Shown here in pieces: positions 1 through 9,796 of a stretch of DNA of 64,000 nt. This DNA comes from an uncultured Spirochaetota bacterium (GTDB lineage Bacteria > Spirochaetota > UBA4802 > UBA5550). The notes under the pieces were generated by a model. The model saw only the letters and a list, made by a program, of their open reading frames with translations, searched no databases and had not been told where the DNA came from. How positions within the stretch are numbered: position 1 is the stretch's first letter; every line of letters begins with the position of its first letter. Both the position numbers and the translations under genes were made by a program. The stretch spans positions 192,001-256,000 of the forward strand of contig CAWHAA010000010.1 of the NCBI GenBank assembly GCA_963827275.1. The letters are read 5' to 3'.

Positions 1-1
1 C

Positions 2-838
2 CTATTGCTTTTTCGAATGCTCTTCGAGCCACTTTTCAATATGGCCGAGCCTGACGGTTTCACGTATGAACACGTCAACCTGGTTTTTCAGCACCGCGTC
101 GCCGAACGGCAGACCGACGCATATGCTCTCGATGCGGCTCCCACCGGAGAGAAGGAGAAACGCGTTCCTGAGACGGGCGCTGCTCGCGAAGTAATAGTCG
201 AGAAAGAGCGAATCGTGCACGAAGCCGTCAACATCGCGTCTGTTCAACAGGGCGACGCCCTCCTCGTTCGTTGCGACGACCGTGCGCGGCATGTCGGGAA
301 ATTCAGTCAGGAGCAGATGCTCGTAGGCGCTCCCCTTTTTCACTGCGAATCGGAACCCCGGGACCCGCTTCAGGTCCCAGATGGTCGCTATCGGCTTCTG
401 CTCGAATCGATCGCCAAAACTTGTTTTCGGCAGCGAGCGTATGTCGGCAAGCACACCAGGCGTTACGGCAAGATACGGCTCGGAGAACCATACCGTGCGC
501 GCACGGTTGAGATTGCGCGAAAACCCGCCGATAACCACGTCAACGCGCCGCTTCCCGAGTGCCTCGGCATATTCGCTTATCTCGAGCGGCACCAGCTCAA
601 ACCGCACGCCCATGAACTCTGCGAGCCCGCGCGCCAGCTCAATTTCCACGCCCCGCTCTCCCGCGTTGAAATTCAGCGGCGGGTAGTCTTTTGAGATGCC
701 GATGCGGATCATCTTCTTCTCCATGATCGAGCGATATGCGTCATCATGGCGGGAACCGGAAGCCCATCCTGCGCCCCCCGCGAGCGTCATCAACAGAATG
801 AGCAGGGGACATATGATGGCGTGTGCGAGTGCTTTCAT
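2..838 (-). CDS. Amino-acid ABC transporter substrate-binding protein (SBP family 3)
   Basis: Signal peptide, then IRIGISKDYPPL, GVEIELAR and FSEPY motifs; start set at MKALAH (838). Confidence 0.8.
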   Translation of the reverse strand: MKALAHAIICPLLILLMTLAGGAGWASGSRHDDAYRSIMEKKMIRIGISKDYPPLNFNAGERGVEIELARGLAEFMGVRFELVPLEISEYAEALGKRRVDVVIGGFSRNLNRARTVWFSEPYLAVTPGVLADIRSLPKTSFGDRFEQKPIATIWDLKRVPGFRFAVKKGSAYEHLLLTEFPDMPRTVVATNEEGVALLNRRDVDGFVHDSLFLDYYFASSARLRNAFLLLSGGSRIESICVGLPFGDAVLKNQVDVFIRETVRLGHIEKWLEEHSKKQ

Positions 839-888
839 GCGCGTTGCTCCTTGGACAGGACCTGACATACGGATGCTCAATGTGGCCG

Positions 889-1974
889 TCAATTTTTTTC
901 GATAAAAATGGTGCGTGTCGGATAGGCAAAACCTATCTTCATTTCGCTGAATTTTCGGAATATCTCAAGATTGATCTCGTGCTGCCTGTCCATATAGTAG
1001 TTAAAATCCGGCATCATAATATAATACACGATCTCGAAGATCAGTCCCGAATCGCCGTATTCCTTGAAATGCGTCCGATCAAACTGGACGCCGCTGGTCG
1101 AATCTATTATCTTCCTGACGATGTGCGGTATGGCTTCGATCTGCTCGGGTGTCGTCTGATAGACGACGCCGATATTCTGCACCACCCGCCGCTTTTCCAT
1201 TCTCTTGTAATTATGGATCCTGCCGTTGGTCAGGCTGGCATTCGAAATGACGATCTGCTCTCCGCTCAGGCTCTGGATCCTGGTCGTCTTGATTCCGATT
1301 TTTTCAACGGTCCCCATCTTGTCGTCTATGATGATAAAATCGCCGATTTTAAACGGCTCATCGAAAAATATCACGAAATAACTGAAAAGATCGTGGAGGA
1401 CCGTCTGGGAAGCCAGGGCGATTGCAACGCCTCCGATGCCGAGACCGGTGACGATGGCCGAGATGTTGAATCCGATGTTATCGATTATGAATATGAAGCC
1501 GACGGACCAGACAATGATATTGATAAAGGTGGATATGCCGGAGATGCTCTTTTCTACTCTTGCGGCATCTCTCTCCTTGTCCCGTCTCAGCAGGTATGCC
1601 TTCAGCGAATCCTTTATGATGAAGGACACCAGCCGCAACGCAAAAATCGACACGATTATGACAAATGCGATGTAGAGGTTTTTTCCATGCCGCGCCGGCA
1701 CGGTCAGGATAGTTGTCAGCACCAGATATGCAAGGACGGTGTATGCCAGCGGAAAAGAGTATCTCCGCATACGGTGCATCCTGAGAGAGAATGTAGGCTT
1801 TTCACCCTCAGCGGCGCGAGACGAGCGTTTTTCAAAAAGACGCTTCACCACTGACACCGCGGCAAGCGCGACGAGCAGCACGCCGGCAGCGAGGGCGATC
1901 TGCAGCAAAGAATTGCCGAATATTTTGTAGGCGACTATGGTCCGAGTAAATTCTTCCATGGTTTTTCCCGTCAT
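889..1974 (-). CDS. MscS-family mechanosensitive channel
   Basis: TM helices, GLGIGGVAIALASQ, PFKIGDFI, GTVEKIGIKTT, FAYPT. Confidence 0.93.
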   Translation of the reverse strand: MTGKTMEEFTRTIVAYKIFGNSLLQIALAAGVLLVALAAVSVVKRLFEKRSSRAAEGEKPTFSLRMHRMRRYSFPLAYTVLAYLVLTTILTVPARHGKNLYIAFVIIVSIFALRLVSFIIKDSLKAYLLRRDKERDAARVEKSISGISTFINIIVWSVGFIFIIDNIGFNISAIVTGLGIGGVAIALASQTVLHDLFSYFVIFFDEPFKIGDFIIIDDKMGTVEKIGIKTTRIQSLSGEQIVISNASLTNGRIHNYKRMEKRRVVQNIGVVYQTTPEQIEAIPHIVRKIIDSTSGVQFDRTHFKEYGDSGLIFEIVYYIMMPDFNYYMDRQHEINLEIFRKFSEMKIGFAYPTRTIFIEKN

Positions 1975-2094
1975 GACACGTTCAGTGAATCCCCTTTTCC
2001 ATGAATGTCAACATAATTTCCGCGAAGCTGTCCGGGACCCGTGCGCCCGGCATGAGAGGGGCGCCCTCCTGCGATCATCACTTCAATGCCTGCT

Positions 2095-3879
2095 TTAAAA
2101 ATAGTACCATATACTTTGATAGTCTGAAACATCCTCTCCATATTTTTCAAGCCTTGAAAGATAATCAAGCAAAGGAATATCCTCGCCCACGTATGTCCTC
2201 TGATCGGCAATCTTCTTCTCCCATGGATGGAATTCATAGACACGAGCGCCGTTCCTCCTGATTGATATAAGGTCCCTGTTCTGCCAGGCATTCAGGTTGT
2301 TTTTACCGAGTCCGGGCACATTATAGACCGGTTCATCGGTACGGGAAAGTCCGGGCATAAGGCGCGACTCCTCCTTCTGCTCCTGAAGCATTCGCGCTAT
2401 GGGCACGCGGTAATCGGCGGTCTCAAGTTTGCCTTTAGGATAAAACGAGTAATATGGATCAACACCGCACAACCGTATGAGGCTTCGCAGCCTTGCTGCT
2501 TCGAACTTCCTTGATATAAAAAATGTGAATACGAGCTGGTTGTACACCGAAATACCACGGCTTTTCAGTTTTTCCACCGCTGCGCAAAGATCGGGAGTAA
2601 GCTCCAGCGGGTGCTGTATGTGCGTCATAAGGGCAATCTCCCTTCTGCCGGGCTGTCTGAATGAAGCAAGCATATCGCATAAACTGTCAGTAAACCTCAT
2701 TGGAAGGGTGACAGGCGTTCGTGTCCCGATCCGGATTCTTTCAACATGGGGAATGTCCGCAAGTTCGGCAAGCATTTCCCGCAGCCTTGAATCCGACAGG
2801 ACTAGGGGGTCGCCACCTGTTATCAGCACCTCTGTTATGGCCTCGTGTTCCCTTATCCAGTTTATCGCCGCGGACACCTGCTCATCGCCCGCCATTGAGC
2901 CCTCCTCGAGCGGACCCTTAATCTCCCAGTTTCGCTGGCAGTAAACGCATATCTGCGGGCAGGAATTATACGGTTTGAGTATCACAATCCCCGGGTAGCG
3001 TCTTGTGACAAGATCCTCGGGGGAGGTGTCCCCTTCGAGCATGAAGTCCTCGGCATACCCTTCCCTGCTGCCTGCACATGAATCAATATAGCTTCCCGGA
3101 AACAGCACCTGGGCGCGGACAGAAATGTCTTCACCACTGTCCGGCGACTGGAAAAGTGACGCATAATAGGGGGTAACGCCGAAAGGGATGCCCGCAGCGC
3201 AGGTCCTCTCAATATTTTCCTGTTCAACAGTGCTGAGATCCGTGTACCCGGAAAGGGTACTGCTGTCACGCGCGATGTTGCGGAGGTGCCAGTGCCAATC
3301 ATTCCAGTCAGGGCCGCTCCCCCCGGCAGCGTTCAGTATCCTCCTGACCCTTTCACCACGCCTGCTCTCTACTTCAGGTTCAAGGCCCGACCTGTAAAGG
3401 ATCATCCGATCGGCCAGGTGTTTATGCATCAGGTCAAGCTCCGACGAACGGACGATCGCCGCGTCACGCCCCTTCAGTCCGGCAGTATCGGAAAATGAAA
3501 ATAATGCCTTTTCATGAAACCTGAATTTACCTTCGATCCCCCGGACAAGGTGGTACAGTTCGGCCCAGAAACCTTCGGATAGTGACCTGTCAGGCTTTCC
3601 CTTCACGGCATTGATCAGCTGTTCAAGCACACTGAAGCCCGCGAGCCTTTCGCTGCGGTGATGGAGCAGCCCGCGCCATACCCTTGCACAGTCGCGTATG
3701 ACGACAAGGTCCAGATCGTGAATATCGTTATCCCTGTCCGAATAGGAATAAAAATGCCTGTGGTTGATATGATGCAGCAGTTCTTTCCTGATTGATTCAA
3801 TCCCGGTATCAGCACCGAGCAATCTGTTCCATTCATCTGAAATAGTCTTGAACAGTTCAGGGGTGTATTGCTTTTTCAT
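2095..3879 (-). CDS. KamA-family radical SAM protein (lysine 2,3-aminomutase-like, long form)
   Basis: WNDWHWHL, VTPYY, CPQICVYCQR, VLITGGDPL, RIRIGTRTPVTLPMR; GGAGG RBS before ATG 3879. Confidence 0.88.
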   Translation of the reverse strand: MKKQYTPELFKTISDEWNRLLGADTGIESIRKELLHHINHRHFYSYSDRDNDIHDLDLVVIRDCARVWRGLLHHRSERLAGFSVLEQLINAVKGKPDRSLSEGFWAELYHLVRGIEGKFRFHEKALFSFSDTAGLKGRDAAIVRSSELDLMHKHLADRMILYRSGLEPEVESRRGERVRRILNAAGGSGPDWNDWHWHLRNIARDSSTLSGYTDLSTVEQENIERTCAAGIPFGVTPYYASLFQSPDSGEDISVRAQVLFPGSYIDSCAGSREGYAEDFMLEGDTSPEDLVTRRYPGIVILKPYNSCPQICVYCQRNWEIKGPLEEGSMAGDEQVSAAINWIREHEAITEVLITGGDPLVLSDSRLREMLAELADIPHVERIRIGTRTPVTLPMRFTDSLCDMLASFRQPGRREIALMTHIQHPLELTPDLCAAVEKLKSRGISVYNQLVFTFFISRKFEAARLRSLIRLCGVDPYYSFYPKGKLETADYRVPIARMLQEQKEESRLMPGLSRTDEPVYNVPGLGKNNLNAWQNRDLISIRRNGARVYEFHPWEKKIADQRTYVGEDIPLLDYLSRLEKYGEDVSDYQSIWYYF

Positions 3880-4704
3880 GTAACCTCCCGGGAAAACAGC
3901 GACCCGCTCCCGGTATAACCGGGGATCGAACAAATACAGATATTGATTGGCTGCACAGGTACTTCAAAATGCGTGGCGACAATGCTTATATACTATCAGG
4001 TTCCCGGATCGGATTTATGTTACAACCTGCCGTCACATACATGCTGCGGTATTATTTCACGTGTCATTCTGCCGCCTTGCCGGCTAACCGGAATGATCCG
4101 CATAATACTATAACGCCCGTTATACCCACTGATAGAAACCGCTTCGAAGAAAAATCCATGATCAGTGAAAACACCGCGGTTATGTAAAAAAAGCCGATTT
4201 ATTCATTTCCCGGGAGCCTGCCCCCTTACGGGTACCAGCCACAGGGACACAATGCGTAGTATCTGTTGTACCTGTCCCGGAGCACGCAAGGCCCCTTCCG
4301 GCAGAAAAGCGCCGGACAGTAGCTTCAAATTTTTACCCCGAGCCTGTCGAAGGGTTGCTCGCGTCGTGAAAATTAAGAAAAATTCATGAAAGCCGACAAG
4401 AATGGCTCCACGGTGATTATTACATCAGAGGACAGCATTTTTTCAAGACAATTTTCTACTAACCTCTGAAGAGGGACCTCGGGTAAAGAGGAATCTGGGG
4501 GGGGTTCGCGTGGGCCCACTTCGAAGGACAGGTGGGATCATTTAAACGCGACATAATGCATTTAATTCTAATTATTACGAATAAAATGCTTGAAAAAAAA
4601 CAGCATAAAAACGATAGTGTCAACCCAGATTATGTGATGTGACGGGCCATATACTATGCCTGTCCGGAACACGAAACAACCGTTATTGCAGAAAGGAAAC
4701 AGCC

Positions 4705-4893
4705 ATGGCTAAATGTGAAGTTTGCGGCAAGTCGATCCAGATAGGGAACAACGTCAGCCACTCGAACAAGAAAAGCAAAAAGATCTGGAAGTCAAATATC
4801 AAGAAAATCCGTGTGCTGGAAAACAGCAAGTCGGTAAGAAAATACGTCTGCACCCGGTGCATCCGTTCGGGAAAAGTCCTGAAAGCGGTATAA
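4705..4893 (+). CDS. rpmB: 50S ribosomal protein L28 (Cys-containing form)
   Basis: MAKCEVCGK..GNNVSHSN..VCTRCIRSGKV; AAGGA RBS. Confidence 0.97.
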   Translation: MAKCEVCGKSIQIGNNVSHSNKKSKKIWKSNIKKIRVLENSKSVRKYVCTRCIRSGKVLKAV

Positions 4894-5853
4894 CTATTTT
4901 CTGCGCGGACGTTCCGCCCGGGGCGTCCGCACATCACGGTCACCTTCTTTGTTCCCCAGTTCAATCAGCAATTCGAGGATAAGAGCGGCAGGCGCGGAGA
5001 GCGGCCTGCTTTCAGAGCGTACGAAATAAAAATATCTCTGGACCAAAAGCCCTTCGACTTCGATTATTTTGAGCGTCTTCAAGCGGACTTCGCGCGCGAC
5101 CGACAGCCGCGACATGAACGATACGCCCAGTCCTGCGGCAACCGCCTCCTTGATCCCTTCCATTGACGTGCATTCCATCACCGGCTGGAGCACCGACGGC
5201 GTAATGCCGTGGCGGGACAGCGCGTCCTCGCAGGTTTTCCTCGTACCGGAGCCGGCTTCCCGTATGATAAAGGGCAGGCCGGCAAGCTCCCCCACGGCGA
5301 CCCGGTCAGGGTACCGGCCCGGCCCCACCAGCACGATCTCGTCACGGCAGACCGGCGTGTACACGAGGAGCGGGTTCTTGTATTCCTTTCCCACTATGCC
5401 GATGTCCGCCCGGCCTTCCTTCACCATCTCCACCGCTTCCCGGCTGTCGGTCACCTCCAGACGGCAGGTCATTCCAGGGGCTCTTTTGCCGGCTGACGCG
5501 AGGATGCCCGGCAGTATGTAGGCGGCCGGTACCGTGCTTGCCGCGATCCTGGTCATACCGGCTGCCGCGCCACGCCCGAGGTCGGCAGACAGCGTCTCGA
5601 CGCCCTTCATCAGACGTTCGCAGAAGGCATGGAATATCTTCCCCTCGCCGGTCACGGAAACGTCGCGCGCGGTGCGGTTGATCAGCTTCACCCCCAGGGC
5701 CTTTTCAAGCAGGCCGATGTGATGGCTGATCGTCGCCTGTCCCACCTTCAGCCTGCGGGACGCCCGCGTGAAGCTGTTCTCGTTCAGCACCTCGAGAAAG
5801 GACCGCACCTGCTTCAGGTCAAAATTGAGCTCCCTGTTTTTCTTCATGTTCAT
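4894..5853 (-). CDS. LysR-family transcriptional regulator (CysL-like)
   Basis: HTH SFTRASRRLKVGQATISHHI; IAASTVP, REAGSGTR, IKEAVAAGLGVSF. Confidence 0.92.
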   Translation of the reverse strand: MNMKKNRELNFDLKQVRSFLEVLNENSFTRASRRLKVGQATISHHIGLLEKALGVKLINRTARDVSVTGEGKIFHAFCERLMKGVETLSADLGRGAAAGMTRIAASTVPAAYILPGILASAGKRAPGMTCRLEVTDSREAVEMVKEGRADIGIVGKEYKNPLLVYTPVCRDEIVLVGPGRYPDRVAVGELAGLPFIIREAGSGTRKTCEDALSRHGITPSVLQPVMECTSMEGIKEAVAAGLGVSFMSRLSVAREVRLKTLKIIEVEGLLVQRYFYFVRSESRPLSAPAALILELLIELGNKEGDRDVRTPRAERPRRK

Positions 5854-5905
5854 GCCTCGTTGCCCGGATCAGAGACCGGCATGCGGCCTCCACTCCCCGG
5901 TATAT

Positions 5906-6235
5906 TCATTCGTCCGCGTCTTCGGTGAGCCGCTCCTGTATCCCCGACAGGAGCCCGAGATATTTTTCCCTGGCGGCGAGATAGCCCATGATGACCTCGT
6001 TCGCGGAGACCATGTCAGTGAGGCTTTTCAGCTGCTCGAGCTCGTACTGTTCGATGCTATCGCCCTTCCCCTGGCGATCCTGCAGCTCCGCGGAAATGGT
6101 TGCGTAATCATCAAGGAGCCGCGACGAATCGCTGTCAGCGGCAAGCGCCTCTGACAATTTCACAAAATCCGTGTAGATCGATGTTTCCCGTATGAGACGG
6201 CCCAGTTCCGCCGCCTGCGCCAATATTTTTTCCAT
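5906..6235 (-). CDS. YlbF/YmcA-family regulator
   Basis: 109-aa helical protein MEKILAQAAELGRLIRET..; true start lies inside the longer track ORF 5906..6826. Confidence 0.75.
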   Translation of the reverse strand: MEKILAQAAELGRLIRETSIYTDFVKLSEALAADSDSSRLLDDYATISAELQDRQGKGDSIEQYELEQLKSLTDMVSANEVIMGYLAAREKYLGLLSGIQERLTEDADE

Positions 6236-6445
6236 GATGGTCTCCGGTAAAATAGGTATGGGGCACCGCCCGTTTTTAATCAAGAATATTTTACCAGGCG
6301 CGGGCATCCTGGCGCCGGCCCGGGGCCATCTGGCGACAGGAGCGGGCGGTGTTTTGATTGACATTTTAAGCGCGGTATTATAACCTTCCTGGCAGGAACA
6401 GGACGGCAGCGGCCGTTTCCAAACTATCCCGGAGAGCGACATCAC

Positions 6446-6802
6446 ATGGCTGAACTGAAAGAAATAGTTGAAGACGAAAATAAAATCGACACCGTCATCG
6501 CGGAAGACATCGTGTTCAAGGGGAGCCTGAAATTCAAGAATTCCCTGAAGATAAAAGGCTCCTTTGAAGGCAGGATCGAGACGGACGGACAGCTGATCGT
6601 CGGGCGGGAGGCGAAAGTGAGCGCCGACGTCAGGGCGAGCGAGGTCAACAACAGCGGCGTCTTCAACGGCAAGATCAAGGCGACAAAGAAAATCGAGCTT
6701 TTCAAGAAGAGCAAGACATACGGAGACATCATATCCCCGGACCTGAATATTGAATCCGGCTCGATATTCAACGGGACCTGCATCATGGAGGAAAAAAATT
6801 AA
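6446..6802 (+). CDS. Bactofilin (polymer-forming cytoskeletal protein)
   Basis: DTVIAEDIVFKGSL..IKGSFEGRI..GDI..LNIESGSIFNGTCIM. Confidence 0.93.
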   Translation: MAELKEIVEDENKIDTVIAEDIVFKGSLKFKNSLKIKGSFEGRIETDGQLIVGREAKVSADVRASEVNNSGVFNGKIKATKKIELFKKSKTYGDIISPDLNIESGSIFNGTCIMEEKN

Positions 6803-6817
6803 CCGCCCGGTGCTATC

Positions 6818-7552
6818 ATGAAGCATCTGACCGTCATCCTGTTATCCGCGGCGCTGTTCGCCTGCATGGCCTCAGCGGCGCGCGCCGCTGAAAAAACAGA
6901 GAGCGCGCCGAACGCCTCTTTCGGTATCGCCGGGTCCTTCGGCGAATACAACGCGTGGGAGCGGAAAAATGGCGAATCCCACATGCGATACGAATTCGCC
7001 CCTGCATACGGCGGCGGGCTTGTCTTTGAAAAAATGTTCAACAATCTCCTCGGTATCCACTCCGGGCTCTGGTTCAACCGCTTCAGCATAGACATGACCA
7101 TGAAGCAGTCGTGGAAGTGGTATTCATTTGACTTGATGAGCCTCATGCCGATCAAGATGATGTCAACCGGCTGGTCCATCAGCGTGCCGCTCTCCCTTAT
7201 CGTCTCCCTCAACGCTTCCATCTTTTCTTTCAACATACTGGCGGGAATCAAGTACACGCAGATCGTTGACACGGACACCAGGATCGACAATATTTTCATG
7301 TCATACAAAAAGCATTTCGACATGCTCCCCTACATGAACCAGCCGCAATTCGCGTTCACACTCGGCGTCACATTCAAGTTCAGGGTCGCGCGGTTCGTCG
7401 ACATCTTTGTGGGCGGCATCGGCGAGCTCTATGCGACTGAATTCATACAGTCCGATGACAGCATAACGCATCTCTTCAGCCTGACCGCGATTGCGGGCGT
7501 CATGTTCAGGACCAATGTGTTCCCCATCCCGGCCGCCGCACCCCCGCAATGA
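6818..7552 (+). CDS. Exported protein, possible outer-membrane beta-barrel
   Basis: Signal peptide and alternating hydrophobic/aromatic strands. Confidence 0.55.
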   Translation: MKHLTVILLSAALFACMASAARAAEKTESAPNASFGIAGSFGEYNAWERKNGESHMRYEFAPAYGGGLVFEKMFNNLLGIHSGLWFNRFSIDMTMKQSWKWYSFDLMSLMPIKMMSTGWSISVPLSLIVSLNASIFSFNILAGIKYTQIVDTDTRIDNIFMSYKKHFDMLPYMNQPQFAFTLGVTFKFRVARFVDIFVGGIGELYATEFIQSDDSITHLFSLTAIAGVMFRTNVFPIPAAAPPQ

Positions 7553-7712
7553 CACATCCGCTCATTTGTCTTCATGTGACTCCTTGTCCATGATCCGCAT
7601 CATGGACCGGCCGGCGGGTTCAATCAAGGCGTTTATATCGTGCGGAAAATCAAGCCACCCATGGCAGTTCCCTTCTTCTGCGCCCCATCAACCCGGGAAG
7701 CCGGACCGGGAC

Positions 7713-7748
7713 AAAAAAAGGGACCGCCCTTGCGGGACAGCCCCTTTC
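7713..7748 (-). terminator. Intrinsic terminator of etfBA
   Basis: Minus strand GGGGCTGTCC-CGCAA-GGGCGGTCCC followed by a T tract, just after the etfA stop. Confidence 0.8.
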
Positions 7749-7770
7749 CAGAATTCAGTTGCGATCGATC

Positions 7771-8721
7771 TTACAGCTTCTCTTTCATTGCCGGGATGAC
7801 CTCGAACAGGTCGCCCACAATACCATACATCGCAATGTTGAATATGGGGGCTTCCGGGTCCTTGTTGATGGCGACGATGCATTTCGATCCCTTCATACCG
7901 GCCACGTGCTGGATGGCGCCGGATATGCCGCATGCGAGATACAGGTCGGGAGCGACGGTCTTTCCTGATTGGCCGACCTGCCGCGCAGGATCGGTCCAGC
8001 CGGAGTCGACGACCGGCCGTGAGGCCGCGTACTCGCCGCCCAGCTTCTGCGCGAGGCTGACGATGACGTCTTTGTACTTGTCGGCGTCCTTGCATCCGCG
8101 TCCGCCGGACACGATGATCTTGGCCTGGGAAATGTCAACAGCGCCCGCCATGGTCTCGACGATGCCTTTCGACTTGGTGCGAACATTCGCGATATTCGCC
8201 GAAACGGCGGTCACAGTGCCTGCCCCGCCGGCAGCTTCCATGTCGAACGCGCCTTTCTCAAACGTGGCGACAAACTTGTCGGTATTGACCTTTTTCAATT
8301 CCTGGATCTTTCCGTTGTAGGTGTTCCGGGTGAACACAACGCTTCCGCCCTCAACGGCGGCCTTGTTGCAGTTTGACACGATGCCGGCGCCGATCGCCAT
8401 GGCGACCTTGGCCGCGTAGTCAACGCCGTCGTACGAATGGGGGATGAGAACGCCCTTGACGTCCTGGGTGTCCACCACCGCCTTGATGGCCTGGGTGTAA
8501 CCGTCAGCGGTGTAGCCTTCGAGGGCCGCGTTCGTCACTGACAGTACGAGGGGAATGTATTTTGCTATTTCTTTCGCCAGCGTGTCGTCTTTGCTCATTA
8601 TCGCCACTGCCGGCTCGCATCCGAGCGCCCCGGCCAGGCTTTTCGCCGCTTTGCAGAGCTCGAGGCTGGCATCGGTTAATTTACCGTTTCTGTGTTCAGC
8701 TATTGCTACTATCTTTGCCAT
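7771..8721 (-). CDS. etfA: Electron transfer flavoprotein alpha subunit
   Basis: IIVSGGRG, ASRPVVD, QVGQSGKTVAPDLYLACGISGAIQHVAGM. Confidence 0.97.
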   Translation of the reverse strand: MAKIVAIAEHRNGKLTDASLELCKAAKSLAGALGCEPAVAIMSKDDTLAKEIAKYIPLVLSVTNAALEGYTADGYTQAIKAVVDTQDVKGVLIPHSYDGVDYAAKVAMAIGAGIVSNCNKAAVEGGSVVFTRNTYNGKIQELKKVNTDKFVATFEKGAFDMEAAGGAGTVTAVSANIANVRTKSKGIVETMAGAVDISQAKIIVSGGRGCKDADKYKDVIVSLAQKLGGEYAASRPVVDSGWTDPARQVGQSGKTVAPDLYLACGISGAIQHVAGMKGSKCIVAINKDPEAPIFNIAMYGIVGDLFEVIPAMKEKL

Positions 8722-8734
8722 TGTCGCATCCTCC

Positions 8735-9505
8735 TTATATCACCTTGGCTTCGTTCTTTAATTTCTCAACCAGCTTCGCGGCCGCGGTCGCGGCGTCGCC
8801 CTGAATGATCTCCGCCTTGTGCTCGGATACAGGGAAGTACATCTTGATGAAATCGGTCTTTGACGCGGCTGATGCGCCCATGTCGGAGGCCTTCTTTACA
8901 TCAAGGCGTTTTTTCTTGGCTTTCATGATGCCGGGAAGGGTCGGGTACCGCGGCTCGTTGATACCTGATTGCACGGTGAGGACCGCGGGCGCGCTCATTT
9001 CAAGCACTTCGTTCAGACCGCCTTCGAGCTCCCGGTTGACCGTGAGGGCCGTCCCGTTTACTTCCAGCTTCTTGACGTTGGTGCAGTGCGGCCACCCCAT
9101 CAGGTCGGCGAGGGTTACGCCGGTCACCGCGGCCTGGTCGTCTTCCGCCTGTACGCCGGTAAGGACGAGCTCAACGCCGCCGATGCTTTCGATTGCTTTC
9201 TGCAGTGTCGAGGCAACGACAAAATTGTCGCCGGCTTCCACCGCGGGGTCATTCACATGGATGCCCCAGTCCGCGCCCATCGCGAACGCCTGCCGGATAT
9301 CCTTCGCTGCCCGATCGGGCCCGCAGGTTACGATTACGACCTCTCCGCCGAACTTTTCTTTCAGCTGGAGGGCTGCTTCGACGGCGTAGTTATCGAAATC
9401 ATTGATTTTGAAAGCGATCTGCGATTCATCGATTTTTTTGTCTTCAAGGATTTTGAATTTTGATTCCATGTCAGGAACCTGTTTAAGACAGACAGCTATC
9501 TTCAT
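8735..9505 (-). CDS. etfB: Electron transfer flavoprotein beta subunit
   Basis: MKIAVCLKQVPD, AVEAALQLKE, NEPRYPTLPGIMKAKKK. Confidence 0.97.
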   Translation of the reverse strand: MKIAVCLKQVPDMESKFKILEDKKIDESQIAFKINDFDNYAVEAALQLKEKFGGEVVIVTCGPDRAAKDIRQAFAMGADWGIHVNDPAVEAGDNFVVASTLQKAIESIGGVELVLTGVQAEDDQAAVTGVTLADLMGWPHCTNVKKLEVNGTALTVNRELEGGLNEVLEMSAPAVLTVQSGINEPRYPTLPGIMKAKKKRLDVKKASDMGASAASKTDFIKMYFPVSEHKAEIIQGDAATAAAKLVEKLKNEAKVI

Positions 9506-9796
9506 CTCCTTACTCCCCTTTTTAAAATTTTGATAATAGAACCAGTATGAAATTCAATAATTATACATTTTTTTCGCGCCGCTGCGGGCGGGCGGGTAAA
9601 AATGGTTATAATTATTAATTATGCACTACATCTGCCAAAAAATAAGTCCGCGCCTGGGTTGGGCAATTTATGAACAATGTTGTAAACATATATTTAATTG
9701 TCAATATTAATAGGCATCGGGATTTCATTTTTTCGCGCCGTCACTTTGATGGCGGGGTCATCTGACTCCGCCTTCATGGTGCCCCGCCACGACGTA

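Noticed and set aside
2343..2357. GGGAAAGTCCGGGC resembling the RNase P RNA 5' motif
   Set aside because: Lies inside the KamA coding region; no other RNase P elements follow
3880..4500. Lysine or cobalamin riboswitch upstream of the KamA gene
   Set aside because: Only isolated short matches; full consensus not found
6236..6826. N-terminal ~200 aa of track ORF 5906..6826 (-)
   Set aside because: Largely antisense to the bactofilin gene; only 5906..6235 looks like a real protein
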